From Desulfovibrionaceae bacterium (GTDB lineage: Bacteria > Desulfobacterota > Desulfovibrionia > Desulfovibrionales > Desulfovibrionaceae), in contig OY762289.1 in the NCBI GenBank assembly GCA_963665495.1, forward strand, positions 1,189,909 through 1,253,908: a stretch of 64,000 nucleotides of DNA, in the 5' to 3' direction. The position numbers and the translations under genes are program-made. Positions 30,223 through 39,478 of the stretch are shown piece after piece. Position 1 is the stretch's first letter, and every line of letters begins with the position of its first letter. The notes beneath the pieces were generated by a model, which worked only from the letters and a program-made list of their open reading frames with translations, was not told the origin of the DNA and searched no databases.

Positions 30223-30418
30223 TAGCCGAACCTGACCGGTTCCCATCCGGAATTGCAGGTTTATTTTGTTATGGTTTCTGTCTGGAAAAGCAGCTGCCGC
30301 AACAGATGACCAGATTGCGGCAGTCGCCCGAGTGGTGGCCACGTATTCTGCGTAACGATCAGGTCCTGATCTTCGAGCAAGCTGGGTATCTTAGGACGTT
30401 TATTTCGCAGGAGGTAAC

Positions 30419-31108
30419 ATGGCTCTTTTCTCTTCCGTACTCGCCTATCTGGAGATTCTGGGACCAGGCTCCGGATATTTGATATTGCTACTTGCATCAG
30501 GATTTGTCTTCATCTGCATGGGGGTGCTTTCCTTTGTCGGTGGCGATACGCATGGCGGTCCCGACAGCATTTCGGATGGTGATCTGAGTGACTCGGGGCC
30601 TCCTGAACAGCTAGATGACGCTACAGGGCACGAGGATGTTTCTTCTGCAGCCACGATTGATTCTGATCAGGGTATCGATTTTTTCAAATATCTCAGCTTC
30701 AGAAATTGTATCAATTATTTGCTGGGATTCAGTTTTTGCGGTTTTCTGGCCGCCCAGAGCGGACTGCATCCTTTTTTAAGTGCGCTGCTGGCGCTATCTG
30801 GCGGTTTCATCAGTGCGCTTATCATGTATAAACTGATGTCGGCGCTGTATGCGCTTTCGGATGTACAGCCTTTATTGAAACAGGAGGCGTTCGGCTCTAT
30901 CGCAAAAGTCTATATTCAAATCGGAGCAAAACGTTCGGGCCGGGGAAAAATCATGCTCAGGGTCAAAGGGGCGCAGCGGGAGTTCTGCGCTGTTACCGAC
31001 TGTCTGGTGAGCTTGCGCGCCGGCACAGTCGTACGTGTGACCGGCATGGTGGATGAATGCTATCTGGTGGAACCCGCGGCAGGGGAGGCTGTGCAACCAG
31101 TGGCTTGA
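30419..31108 (+). CDS. NfeD family membrane protein (flotillin/stomatin-operon partner)
   Basis: 229 aa. N-terminal TM segments, acidic linker, C-terminal OB-fold-like segment (…GKIMLRVKGAQREFCAVTD…GTVVRVTGMVDECYLVEP…). Directly upstream of a flotillin gene. RBS GCAGGAGG. Confidence 0.7.
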   Translation: MALFSSVLAYLEILGPGSGYLILLLASGFVFICMGVLSFVGGDTHGGPDSISDGDLSDSGPPEQLDDATGHEDVSSAATIDSDQGIDFFKYLSFRNCINYLLGFSFCGFLAAQSGLHPFLSALLALSGGFISALIMYKLMSALYALSDVQPLLKQEAFGSIAKVYIQIGAKRSGRGKIMLRVKGAQREFCAVTDCLVSLRAGTVVRVTGMVDECYLVEPAAGEAVQPVA

Positions 31109-31174
31109 AAAAAGAACTAGGAACTCGGCTGTTCAGGGGCTGAAAACAGTCTTACACCAAGGGGAGAGAAGCGA

Positions 31175-32827
31175 ATGTTCAACCTGGCGGATATTTTTAC
31201 GGGAATATCTTTTTTTGTGGCAATGCTGGTGGTTATTGGATTTTTCACCTTCATTGCGGTGGTTCGCTACTACCGGCGTTGTCCTCCGGACAAGATTCTC
31301 GTGGTTTTCGGTAAGATCGGCAAAGATAAAGCAGGAGAAGCCAGGAGCGCCAAATGCGTTCATGGCGGTGCAACCTTTGTCATTCCGGTATTCCAGGATT
31401 TCAAATATCTGGATTTGACGCCTCTGACCATAGACATTGATTTGAAAAGCGCGCTGTCCAAAGAAAACATCCGCGTCAACGCGCCGTCCACCTTTACGGT
31501 TGGGATTTCGTCCGATCCGGACATCATGCTCAACGCGGCGGAACGTTTGCTTGGGCTGTCCATGTCCCAGATAGAGCAGACGGCCTCGGATATTATCTTC
31601 GGACAGTTCCGCGCCACCATAGCCACCATGCAGATTGAAGAGATTAACGCGGACAGAGAAAAATTCCAGCAGACTGTCATGGTTAATGTTGAAGACGAAC
31701 TTGCCAAAATCGGTCTGCGTCTGATCAACGTCAACATCAAGGACGTAACGGACGAAAGCGATTACCTGCAGGCGCTGGGCAAACGGGCAGCTGCGGAAGC
31801 GACCAACAAGGCGAAGATCGACGTGGCCGAACAGGAACGCAACGGCGCTGTGGGTGAAGCGAACGCTCATAAAGAGCGTGATATCAGCGTGGCCGAGGCG
31901 GATCGCGATACGCGCGTGGCCAGAGCCCATGCCGACGCGGAAGCCATTCGGGGCGAACGCAAAGCCCAGGAAATCGAGGCGCAGGCTGACTCCGAACTGC
32001 GTATCAGGCAGGCTGAAGTCAGTGCCCAGGCCGTAAGTGGAGAGAAAAAAGCCAAGGAAGTGGAAGCCGAAGCAGAAAGCCGGCTGCGTATCAAGCAAGC
32101 AGATGTCAACGCCAAGGCCGTTGAGGCGGAACGTACGCGCAATGCTTCGGCCGAAACCGCCTCGCTGCAGGCTGAAAAAATTACCGAAGAAGCCCGTAAG
32201 GAGCGTGAAATAGCCGCTCATCTGGCCAGCATTGTGCCCGGAGCCGAAGCCGACAAGCGCAAACGGATTATCGATGCGGAAGCCGAGCGGGAGAAGGTGA
32301 TTATTGCGGCGGAAGGTGAGAAAGAGGCTGCGCAGAGACGCGGTGAAGGGCAGGGATTGGAGATCAAGGCGCGGATGACTAATGAAGCCCAGGGCCTGAA
32401 AGCGTTGCTTGAGGCTCAGGCCGAAGGTTTGAATAAAATTGTCGCCGCGGCAGGTGGTGATCCTGGTCAGGCCTTTGTACTGATGATGGCCGACAAGATG
32501 ACCGAACTTTTCAAAATGCAGACCGAAGCTTTGCAGAATCTCAAAATAGATAAGGTCCTGGTCATGGATGGCGGGGATGGCGAGGGCGTGCCGCAATTCA
32601 TCCGTGGTTTTGCCAAAAGCCTGCCTTTTGCGCATGAACTGGCCGAGCTTGGCGGGGTGAAGCTCCCCGGCCTGTTTATGGGAGAAAAGGAGCCGGAGAC
32701 GATGGGAAATGAGAAAGCCGCTGATGGCACATCTGCGGCAGCTCAGGACGGACGGGAAGAAACCGGAAAATCCGCACAAGCGGCGAAAGATGCGCAGAAT
32801 GAGTTCGAATTTGGTGAAGACGCCTGA
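31175..32827 (+). CDS. Flotillin family (SPFH/band-7) protein
   Basis: 550 aa. N-terminal TM, SPFH domain, long EA-rich coiled-coil (…EAEAIRGERKAQEIEAQADSELRIRQAEVSAQ…). RBS GGGGAGAGAAG. Confidence 0.85.
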   Translation: MFNLADIFTGISFFVAMLVVIGFFTFIAVVRYYRRCPPDKILVVFGKIGKDKAGEARSAKCVHGGATFVIPVFQDFKYLDLTPLTIDIDLKSALSKENIRVNAPSTFTVGISSDPDIMLNAAERLLGLSMSQIEQTASDIIFGQFRATIATMQIEEINADREKFQQTVMVNVEDELAKIGLRLINVNIKDVTDESDYLQALGKRAAAEATNKAKIDVAEQERNGAVGEANAHKERDISVAEADRDTRVARAHADAEAIRGERKAQEIEAQADSELRIRQAEVSAQAVSGEKKAKEVEAEAESRLRIKQADVNAKAVEAERTRNASAETASLQAEKITEEARKEREIAAHLASIVPGAEADKRKRIIDAEAEREKVIIAAEGEKEAAQRRGEGQGLEIKARMTNEAQGLKALLEAQAEGLNKIVAAAGGDPGQAFVLMMADKMTELFKMQTEALQNLKIDKVLVMDGGDGEGVPQFIRGFAKSLPFAHELAELGGVKLPGLFMGEKEPETMGNEKAADGTSAAAQDGREETGKSAQAAKDAQNEFEFGEDA

Positions 32828-32850
32828 CGCGTTTTCACGTGAAAAGCAAC

Positions 32851-32883
32851 AAAAAAAGCGCCCTGAAAAAGGCGCTTTTTTTG
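32851..32883. terminator. Bidirectional rho-independent terminator between flotillin (+) and the IscA-like gene (-)
   Basis: AAAAAAAGCGCC-CTGAAAAA-GGCGCTTTTTTT: a 7-bp GC stem flanked by an A-run and a T-run. Confidence 0.75.
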
Positions 32884-32902
32884 TTTGTGTGGACTGAATA
32901 TG

Positions 32903-33223
32903 TTAACAGCTGCAGCTGCCGCAACAGGAAGAACAGCCACCACTGTCGGACTCGCCGAGTTCAAGACTGGATTGGATGGAAAAGCCCATGCCGCCCAGGT
33001 CGATGACCAGGGGTTTGGCGTCCTCAAATAATTTTTTTTCGATGATGAATTCAAAGTTGCCGACGGTGTGAACATCGTCGGTTTCATTGGCATCGTCCAG
33101 GGCCAGGGCCAGGCGAGGGCCGGAACAGCCGCCGGGGGCAAGAAATATGCGAATTTGGGAAACTTCTTTATCCGCAAAATAAGCCTCGAATTCCTTCATC
33201 GCTCTGTCTGTAACTTCAAGCAT
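32903..33223 (-). CDS. HesB/IscA-like iron-sulfur cluster insertion family protein with a Cys-rich C-terminal tail
   Basis: About 106 aa. …IRIFLAPGGCSGPRLALALDD… and …VIDLGGMGFSIQSS… parallel IscA blocks. Unusual C-terminus GGCSSCCGSCSC. RBS GAGAGGAGG 7 nt before ATG 33223. Confidence 0.5.
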   Translation of the reverse strand: MLEVTDRAMKEFEAYFADKEVSQIRIFLAPGGCSGPRLALALDDANETDDVHTVGNFEFIIEKKLFEDAKPLVIDLGGMGFSIQSSLELGESDSGGCSSCCGSCSC

Positions 33224-33348
33224 TATCATGCCTCCTCTCAAGTTGTCATAACGGATATAAAACGCCGATTGTGAAAGTCAAATATTTCCTGTCAATATAT
33301 GAGGAAATTTTTTTGTGTAAAAAATAATAGAAGAATTATTTTAGGTTG

Positions 33349-33855
33349 TTAAAATTCAATTCCCCGTTGCGCTTTGATGCCTTTTTCAAAAGGATGTTTG
33401 ATCAAACGCATTTCAGTGACCAGATCGGCGCGATCTTGCAGCCAGTCCGGTATGCCGCGGCCGGTGAGAACCAGATGCGTGTCGGTTGCCCGTGCAAGAT
33501 CAATCACCTGCAATACGCTTTGTTTATTCAGGAGTTTTGCACCGATGGCGTAGAGAATTTCATCCAGAACGAGCAGGTCCAGGCCTTGCTCCAGTTGTTC
33601 CACAGCCCAGCCGAGCACCTTGGCTGCAGCCAGTTCATGGGTTTCACGCGCGGACTCTTGTCTGAAAAAACCTTCGCCTCCGGCAAGGAAGTTATCCCCG
33701 AGCAGCTGTGACAGCAGTTTTTGTTCCCCTGCCTGCCCGTCCCGTTTCATGAATTGGGCAAACCCCACTTTCAATCCCGAGCCGAGAGCACGAATGCATT
33801 GGCCTGTGGCAGCGGTGGTCTTGCCTTTGCCGTCCCCGGTGTAAATAATAAGCAT
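33349..33855 (-). CDS. cobO: Cob(I)yrinic acid a,c-diamide adenosyltransferase (CobO/BtuR/CobA type)
   Basis: …MLIIYTGDGKGKTTAATGQ… P-loop and …LLVLDEILYAI… of the CobA family. RBS AAGGAGA. 9 nt after the preceding radical SAM gene's stop. Confidence 0.85.
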   Translation of the reverse strand: MLIIYTGDGKGKTTAATGQCIRALGSGLKVGFAQFMKRDGQAGEQKLLSQLLGDNFLAGGEGFFRQESARETHELAAAKVLGWAVEQLEQGLDLLVLDEILYAIGAKLLNKQSVLQVIDLARATDTHLVLTGRGIPDWLQDRADLVTEMRLIKHPFEKGIKAQRGIEF

Positions 33856-33863
33856 GGATCTCC

Positions 33864-34901
33864 TTAAGTCAGAGAAAAGCCGATGTCCACTCCGGCAAGA
33901 GTATGCCCGCATTCCGGACAGGCCGTCCGGACCGCGTCGATCATGAAACCGTGGCGGGAAATGAGCACAGCACCGCACTGCGGGCAGTAGGTATTGTTTT
34001 TCGCGTGTCCGGGCACATTCCCGATATAAACGTAGTGCAGCCCGGCAGCATGAGCGATTTTCCAGGCGCGTTCCAGAGTCTGCACATGTGTGGGCTTGCG
34101 GTCAAGCATCCGGTAATCGGGATGGAACCGGCTGAGGTGCCAGGGGGTTTCCGGTCCGAGTTTTTCTGCGATGAACCTGGCCATTTCTGCCAGCTCCTCG
34201 GGAGAGTCGTTCAGACCCGGAATCAGCAGAGTGGTCACTTCGAGCCACCAGCCCAGCTTTTTGATGCGGATCAGGTTTTCTTTTACCGGTTCGAGCCGGG
34301 CTCCGCATTCGCGGTAAAAGGCTTCGGTGTAGGCTTTGAGGTCGATATTGGCCGCATCGACAAAGGGAGCGAGTTCTTCCAGGCACTCGGGGCTCATAAA
34401 ACCGTTGGACACTATGATATTTTTCAGACTGCGGGTCCGGGCAAGCCTTGCGGTTTCGTAAAGCAATTCAAAAAAAACCGTAGGTTCGGAATACGTATAG
34501 GCAATGCTCTGCGACTTGTATAATATTGCCTGGTCAACCAGAACATCCGGTGTAATGCGCTTGCCTTCAACCGGTTCGCCCAGAGCCGGGGGTTGGGACA
34601 GGCTGTAATTCTGGCAGAACGAACATTGCAGATTGCAGCCCATGGTTCCAACGGAAAAAGTTTTACTGCCCGGTTGGAAGTGATATAAGGGTTTTTTTTC
34701 CACAGGATCCACATTGATGGCAGCGACCTTATCCGCCACCAGCGAGTAGAGTTTGCCTCCCTTATTGACGCGTACGCCGCAGCGTCCGCCTGCTCCGGGA
34801 GCAATGCGGCAGAAATGGCAGCAGAGCCTGCATTGTACGGAATTTTCTATCTCGGCGTTGTCTTGCGTCGTCAGCGACTTCCAGAGCTTTGCCGGTTGCA
34901 T
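33864..34901 (-). CDS. AmmeMemoRadiSam system radical SAM enzyme (PflA-like activase fold)
   Basis: Radical SAM motif CNLQCSFCQN. N-terminal CxxC/CHFC cluster and overall block order typical of TIGR04337. RBS AGGAGG 7 nt before ATG 34901. Confidence 0.7.
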   Translation of the reverse strand: MQPAKLWKSLTTQDNAEIENSVQCRLCCHFCRIAPGAGGRCGVRVNKGGKLYSLVADKVAAINVDPVEKKPLYHFQPGSKTFSVGTMGCNLQCSFCQNYSLSQPPALGEPVEGKRITPDVLVDQAILYKSQSIAYTYSEPTVFFELLYETARLARTRSLKNIIVSNGFMSPECLEELAPFVDAANIDLKAYTEAFYRECGARLEPVKENLIRIKKLGWWLEVTTLLIPGLNDSPEELAEMARFIAEKLGPETPWHLSRFHPDYRMLDRKPTHVQTLERAWKIAHAAGLHYVYIGNVPGHAKNNTYCPQCGAVLISRHGFMIDAVRTACPECGHTLAGVDIGFSLT

Positions 34902-34928
34902 GTCAATTCCTCCTGACAAAGTTGACAG

Positions 34929-35294
34929 TTATTTCGAGTTGATTTTGATCTCCGGGCTAATAACATAGGTATTGTCGGAGTTGGAATTTTTTTCTTTTTC
35001 AGGAGGCGGAGTGACCTGAATGATTCTTGTTCCGGTCTGCGGATCGGTTTCCATCACAATACCCTCATGAAAGGTTCCGTAGTAATTATCCTGCCGAGGC
35101 TCCTGGTTTTGTGGTTGCTGCTGGCTGCCGTTTGTCGGTGCGCCGGATGCGGGTTGCTGCATGCTGGAAGGGCTATTGTCTGTTCCTGAGGTTTGCGTCT
35201 GAGCATCGAGCCGGCTTTCGTTGCAAAGAATACAGAAGAAGAGTAGTGCAGGCAGGCACATAAACAGAAATACCTTTGTCCATTTTTTATTCAT
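34929..35294 (-). CDS. Hypothetical secreted protein with a Q/P/S-rich low-complexity region
   Basis: Signal peptide MNKKWTKVFLFMCLPALLFFCILC. About 120 aa. No family recognised. Confidence 0.45.
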   Translation of the reverse strand: MNKKWTKVFLFMCLPALLFFCILCNESRLDAQTQTSGTDNSPSSMQQPASGAPTNGSQQQPQNQEPRQDNYYGTFHEGIVMETDPQTGTRIIQVTPPPEKEKNSNSDNTYVISPEIKINSK

Positions 35295-35375
35295 TATACT
35301 CCCCTTGCGCAATATTTGTTAAAAGTCTAAATTTCACCGTTACGAAATCTCCGCTTTCGAAAAGGAGCAAAACAC

Positions 35376-36452
35376 ATGCCGGATCGCAGGAAGGCTTACT
35401 CCGATGCAGGAGTTAATCTGGATGCAGCAGATCAAGTTGTATCGCGAATCAAAAAAATCGCCAATACCGCCCTTACCAGAAATGTGCTGTCGCACATCGG
35501 GAGTTTCGGCGGACTGTTCAAACTTGATCTTGAAAATATGAAAGAGCCGCTTTTGGTGGCCGCCACCGATGGCGTTGGGACAAAAATCAAGCTCGCCGTC
35601 GCTTTCAACAAGCACGATGGCATCGGTATCGACCTGGTGGCCATGAGCGTCAATGATATTCTGGTTCAGGGAGCCACTCCGCTTTTCTTTCTGGATTATT
35701 TTGCCTCGGGCAAAATGGATGTGGATCAGGTGGAAGCCGTGGTTGACAGTGTGGCCAGAGGCTGCGTGGAATCCAAGTGCGCTCTGCTTGGGGGAGAAAC
35801 CGCCGAGATGCCCGGCATGTACGGAGAAGGTGAATACGATCTGGCAGGATTCTGCGTGGGAATGGTGGACCGGAGCAAAGTCGTTGACGGGTCGGGCATG
35901 CGCGACGGAGACGCCATCATCGGCCTTGCCTCCAGTGGTTTTCATTCCAACGGGTATTCCCTGGTCCGCAAAGTCGTCACAGAGTCGGGGATTGATCCTG
36001 ACAAGCCCTTGCCCTTTCCGGAAAACTTCGAGCCCATGTCCCCAGGTATCCCTGCCAGGGACCTCTTGCTTGAACCGACCATCATCTATACGAAACCCGT
36101 GCTGAATTTGCTGCGTGATTTCGAAATCAAAGGCATGGCCCACATAACGGGCGGTGGATTCTACGACAATATTCCGCGTATTCTTCCCAATGGCGTACGC
36201 GCCAATATTAACTTCGGAGCCTGGAAAGTGCCGGATGTTTTTCATTGGCTGAAAAATACTGCAGGGTTGGATTGGCCGGAGATGCTTCAGGTTTTTAACT
36301 GTGGAATCGGATATGTTCTCATTGTGGATAAAAAAGTCGCCGGGGAGATCATCGAACGATTAAACCGGGCTTTCCAACTGCGGGCCTGGCGTATCGGAGA
36401 AATGGCCAAGGCTGCCGCTGGCGCGGACCCCGTGGTGGAAATTATTTTTTAA
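35376..36452 (+). CDS. purM: Phosphoribosylformylglycinamidine cyclo-ligase (AIR synthetase)
   Basis: 358 aa. …YSDAGVNLDAADQ… … …GGLFKLD… …AATDGVGTK… PurM signatures. RBS AAGGAG. Confidence 0.9.
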   Translation: MPDRRKAYSDAGVNLDAADQVVSRIKKIANTALTRNVLSHIGSFGGLFKLDLENMKEPLLVAATDGVGTKIKLAVAFNKHDGIGIDLVAMSVNDILVQGATPLFFLDYFASGKMDVDQVEAVVDSVARGCVESKCALLGGETAEMPGMYGEGEYDLAGFCVGMVDRSKVVDGSGMRDGDAIIGLASSGFHSNGYSLVRKVVTESGIDPDKPLPFPENFEPMSPGIPARDLLLEPTIIYTKPVLNLLRDFEIKGMAHITGGGFYDNIPRILPNGVRANINFGAWKVPDVFHWLKNTAGLDWPEMLQVFNCGIGYVLIVDKKVAGEIIERLNRAFQLRAWRIGEMAKAAAGADPVVEIIF

Positions 36453-36530
36453 TACGCAGCCATTTCAATTCATAGCACTTATTCGGCGCATGGTTTTTTC
36501 CACGCGGCGAGTTCGGAAATACCCTATCGT

Positions 36531-37898
36531 ATGCCAGAGGTGTCCAGACAAGCTGAATTGCGGCCATGGCTCATCGCCACTGTGATATTGAGTATTGCGG
36601 CGAGCTATTATTTTCTGCACATTACGTACGTTCCGACTAATTCGGATGATGCCTGGACCACATCGTTCACCTATAATTATTTTTATCGGGGAGAACTTCA
36701 GGACACGGTCTTCGGACGTCCCGCCGGAACACTTATCTCTTTTGGTTACAGCTATGCGGTACTTCAAAAGTTGGTGTTGGATACTTTTGGCTGGACCCGT
36801 TCGAATTCGATTATACTTTCTACCTGCCTCTTTTTTTTATCGCTGCCGTTCTGGTGGCGTATCAGTCGATCTTTCGGGTGTTCGCAATCTGCTTCGCTAC
36901 TGTATGTTCTGCTTTTGCCGTTATGGGAACCGCTATTTCGTATTGCCAACACTGCCAGACCGGATTCCTGTTGTCTGTTATTTGTAAGCATTGCTCTTTT
37001 CCTTGCGCAACAGAGACGGTATGTTTTAGCGGGCGTGGCGTCCGGAATAGCCTTCGAAACGCATCAAATGGGAATTCTGGCATTTTTTCTTGTTGGTATT
37101 CATGCGTTATTTGAAATCTATTCAGACTATAAGATAAAAAAATCTTTTTATATTCTTGTAGTTAAATGGATTAGCGGTATTGGTTTAGCGGTTTGCTATT
37201 ATTTGATTTTACATCTTCATTATCTACTTGCAACACTGCATTCGGTTTCAGCAATGCACAGCTGGAACGGAAATTTTATTTTGGACTTTTTTTTCCTTAC
37301 GCGTACCTATCGTCAGATTCCCATACTTGTTTTTATCTGTCTGCTGATCGTGGCATCTGTTAAGCGGAGGTTGGTAACAGAGTTTGGGGAGCTGTATGCT
37401 ATTACCTTTGCCATCTTGCTCTTCAGCTTTGTTTTTCCTCGTCCTAACGTATATTATTCGGCCTATTTTTTTGTATTTATCGCTTTAATCACTTCGGTTG
37501 TTGTTGTTAAATATAAAAAAGCTAATCTTTTTATTGTTATTTTTCTATTGTTTGTATTGCTTCAGTATTGTTATATCTATAATAAAAATAGTTATTTTGA
37601 TATGAATAGGTTTACGATGTCCATGGAACAGGAGGTCCCCAATAGTTGTAGTACGCTTGTCGGTCCGTTCAACGCCTGGTTTGCCTTTAAGGATCGACAA
37701 TTTCTTGGATCTTTGCCAGATATGTTCCCTGCAGTTCGTAATATTCTTAAAAAACGTCCTATCTGCTACCTTCAACGTTTGGATAGCGATGATACCCGTG
37801 ATTTAATAAAAAATAACTTTGCGATGAGCCCTTTAGTTAAAGAGTTTGATGCCGGAGGGCAGCGATACGGTCTTTATTACCTGCGTGCAGATCCTTAA
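36531..37898 (+). CDS. Polytopic membrane protein (possible glycosyltransferase/ligase-like); its 3' half lies in AT-rich DNA
   Basis: 455 aa, >10 predicted TM. The first ~190 codons have typical genomic GC, while the remaining ~265 codons are strongly AT-rich. Followed by a strong terminator. Confidence 0.5.
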   Translation: MPEVSRQAELRPWLIATVILSIAASYYFLHITYVPTNSDDAWTTSFTYNYFYRGELQDTVFGRPAGTLISFGYSYAVLQKLVLDTFGWTRSNSIILSTCLFFLSLPFWWRISRSFGCSQSASLLYVLLLPLWEPLFRIANTARPDSCCLLFVSIALFLAQQRRYVLAGVASGIAFETHQMGILAFFLVGIHALFEIYSDYKIKKSFYILVVKWISGIGLAVCYYLILHLHYLLATLHSVSAMHSWNGNFILDFFFLTRTYRQIPILVFICLLIVASVKRRLVTEFGELYAITFAILLFSFVFPRPNVYYSAYFFVFIALITSVVVVKYKKANLFIVIFLLFVLLQYCYIYNKNSYFDMNRFTMSMEQEVPNSCSTLVGPFNAWFAFKDRQFLGSLPDMFPAVRNILKKRPICYLQRLDSDDTRDLIKNNFAMSPLVKEFDAGGQRYGLYYLRADP

Positions 37899-37950
37899 GA
37901 AGTCTTAGAATAAGTAAATTTTACCCAAAATATAAATTTAGTGAAGTGAA

Positions 37951-37991
37951 ATCCCAAATGCAACGTGTGTTGCATTTGGGATTTTTATTTT
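37951..37991 (+). terminator. Rho-independent terminator
   Basis: Perfect 13-bp inverted repeat TCCCAAATGCAAC-gtgt-GTTGCATTTGGGA followed by TTTTTATTTT. Confidence 0.8.
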
Positions 37992-38427
37992 GCAACTGAA
38001 ATATTGGGATAGTTATATTAAAAAATAACTTCGTAACTTCATAAGAAGATAGTGTTTAACTGTTAATTTAGAAGAGTATTTAAACTATTTGAAGAATATT
38101 TGTATTTTATAGTGAAAATACTATCATTTTTATAAATCTAAAAAAACAAATTTTTAGCGCTGGAGATGATTATTTGTTCTAGAGAAAATGTATAAAAAGA
38201 GAATTAACGTTGCCAGAATGATTTAGATCGTGTAGGATATTATTGAATTATTAAAAAATATAATTATATCAGTATTTTATGTGTAAAAATGCTTATTAGT
38301 GAATGTAGTGGCTACTTTTTTAGATATAATATTTTTTGCTTGAGATTAAAATATATCAATTAAAATCTTAACTATCCTGTAAAATTAGATTATTTTTATT
38401 CTATATTTTTTAGGTAGTAATCATAAT

Positions 38428-38634
38428 ATGGGTATTGCAGTCAAAATTAATTTTCATACCGTTTTAGGAATGGAAAATAAGAATATGCATCATTTTGGTG
38501 CGTTGAGTGTGGAGTATGCATTCTGTATGATTTTAGCGGCTATATTTCTGGAAGGGGTACTTGCATTGTTTACGGATATGTCGACAGACATACTTGGGGA
38601 GTTTATGGAGTGGATTTCAAGTCCATACCCATAA
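38428..38634 (+). CDS. Flp family type IVb prepilin (divergent); true start may be the internal ATG 38470 or 38485
   Basis: Processing-site-like motif …HHFG/ALSVEYAFCMILAAIF… (G/A-x-x-V-E-Y plus a hydrophobic helix) as in Flp/Fap pilins. AT-rich gene in the island. Confidence 0.55.
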   Translation: MGIAVKINFHTVLGMENKNMHHFGALSVEYAFCMILAAIFLEGVLALFTDMSTDILGEFMEWISSPYP

Positions 38635-38652
38635 AAAAATTGGGAGTTTGCC

Positions 38653-38910
38653 ATGAAAGAGTTTTTTCGTTCGCTTTGCGCCAGGATCTATAGTGAAATC
38701 GACTCACTGCATCAGAAGTATTATGTCAACAAACTTGGCAGCCAATCGGGCGCAACTACAGTTGAATACGCGCTTCTTATCGCCGTCATAGTTACCATGG
38801 TGATCGCAGCCGCCACCTTTATGTATGAGGATTTGAAAACATTTTTTACTAAGGTAGTTGAAAAAATAACCAACATGGCCACGGACAAAAAAGCTGATAC
38901 TGCTTTTTAA
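38653..38910 (+). CDS. Flp family type IVb prepilin
   Basis: …LGSQSG/ATTVEYALLIAVIVTMVIAAATF… is the classical Flp motif. RBS TGGGAG 6 nt upstream. Followed by a terminator hairpin. Confidence 0.75.
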   Translation: MKEFFRSLCARIYSEIDSLHQKYYVNKLGSQSGATTVEYALLIAVIVTMVIAAATFMYEDLKTFFTKVVEKITNMATDKKADTAF

Positions 38911-38931
38911 AGGCTATGCTTTTTTTACAAT

Positions 38932-38969
38932 GGAGCCTGTGTTGATACACAGGCTCTGTCAATTTTTTT
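38932..38969 (+). terminator. Rho-independent terminator/attenuator after the pilin genes
   Basis: GGAGCCTGTG-ttgata-CACAGGCTC stem-loop followed by gtcaaTTTTTTT. Sits between flp and the downstream pseudopilin genes. Confidence 0.65.
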
Positions 38970-39084
38970 GTTGTAGTAGAAAAATTAACAATATTCTGTT
39001 TGTAATTACTATTATTTATATGTGAAATAAAAATAAATTTTTACGATGATTACAAAAAATTTTACCGCCTATTTTAGTTAGATA

Positions 39085-39477
39085 ATGAGTAATAAAAGAC
39101 AAAATTCTAAATATGAATCAGGCGCAACAACTGTTGAATTTGCCTTTGCCATGATTTGGGTTTTTTTCTTTTTCATAGCCTACTATCAGATTATTGAGAT
39201 TTTTTTAGTGCACGAACGCGTCTCGTACGCGACTTTTATCGCTTCCCGAGCACATCAGGTGCATGGTGATGCATCCACGGCTGCTGGTGCCGTATTGAAC
39301 GAATATGAAATTAAAACCCGTAAAAAATCCGTTACAATAAGCAAAACCATTCGCGTTCCTATTGATTTCAAAAATCCATTTGACGGTAATGATTTCAGAA
39401 CCGGCGGCGCCAGATTCGAGGTGGCGGAAACGGTTCCCACGTTTTCCGAACCGGGCGAAGGGTCTGGAGATAACTGA
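39085..39477 (+). CDS. TadE-like pseudopilin
   Basis: N-terminus …KYESG/ATTVEFAFAMIWVFFFF… matches the TadE/TadF-type prepilin-like N-terminal domain. Confidence 0.65.
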   Translation: MSNKRQNSKYESGATTVEFAFAMIWVFFFFIAYYQIIEIFLVHERVSYATFIASRAHQVHGDASTAAGAVLNEYEIKTRKKSVTISKTIRVPIDFKNPFDGNDFRTGGARFEVAETVPTFSEPGEGSGDN

Positions 39478-39478
39478 A

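Noticed and set aside
31133-32779. 548-aa minus-strand ORF
   Set aside because: Antisense to the flotillin gene (coiled-coil codon repeats give a long open antisense frame).
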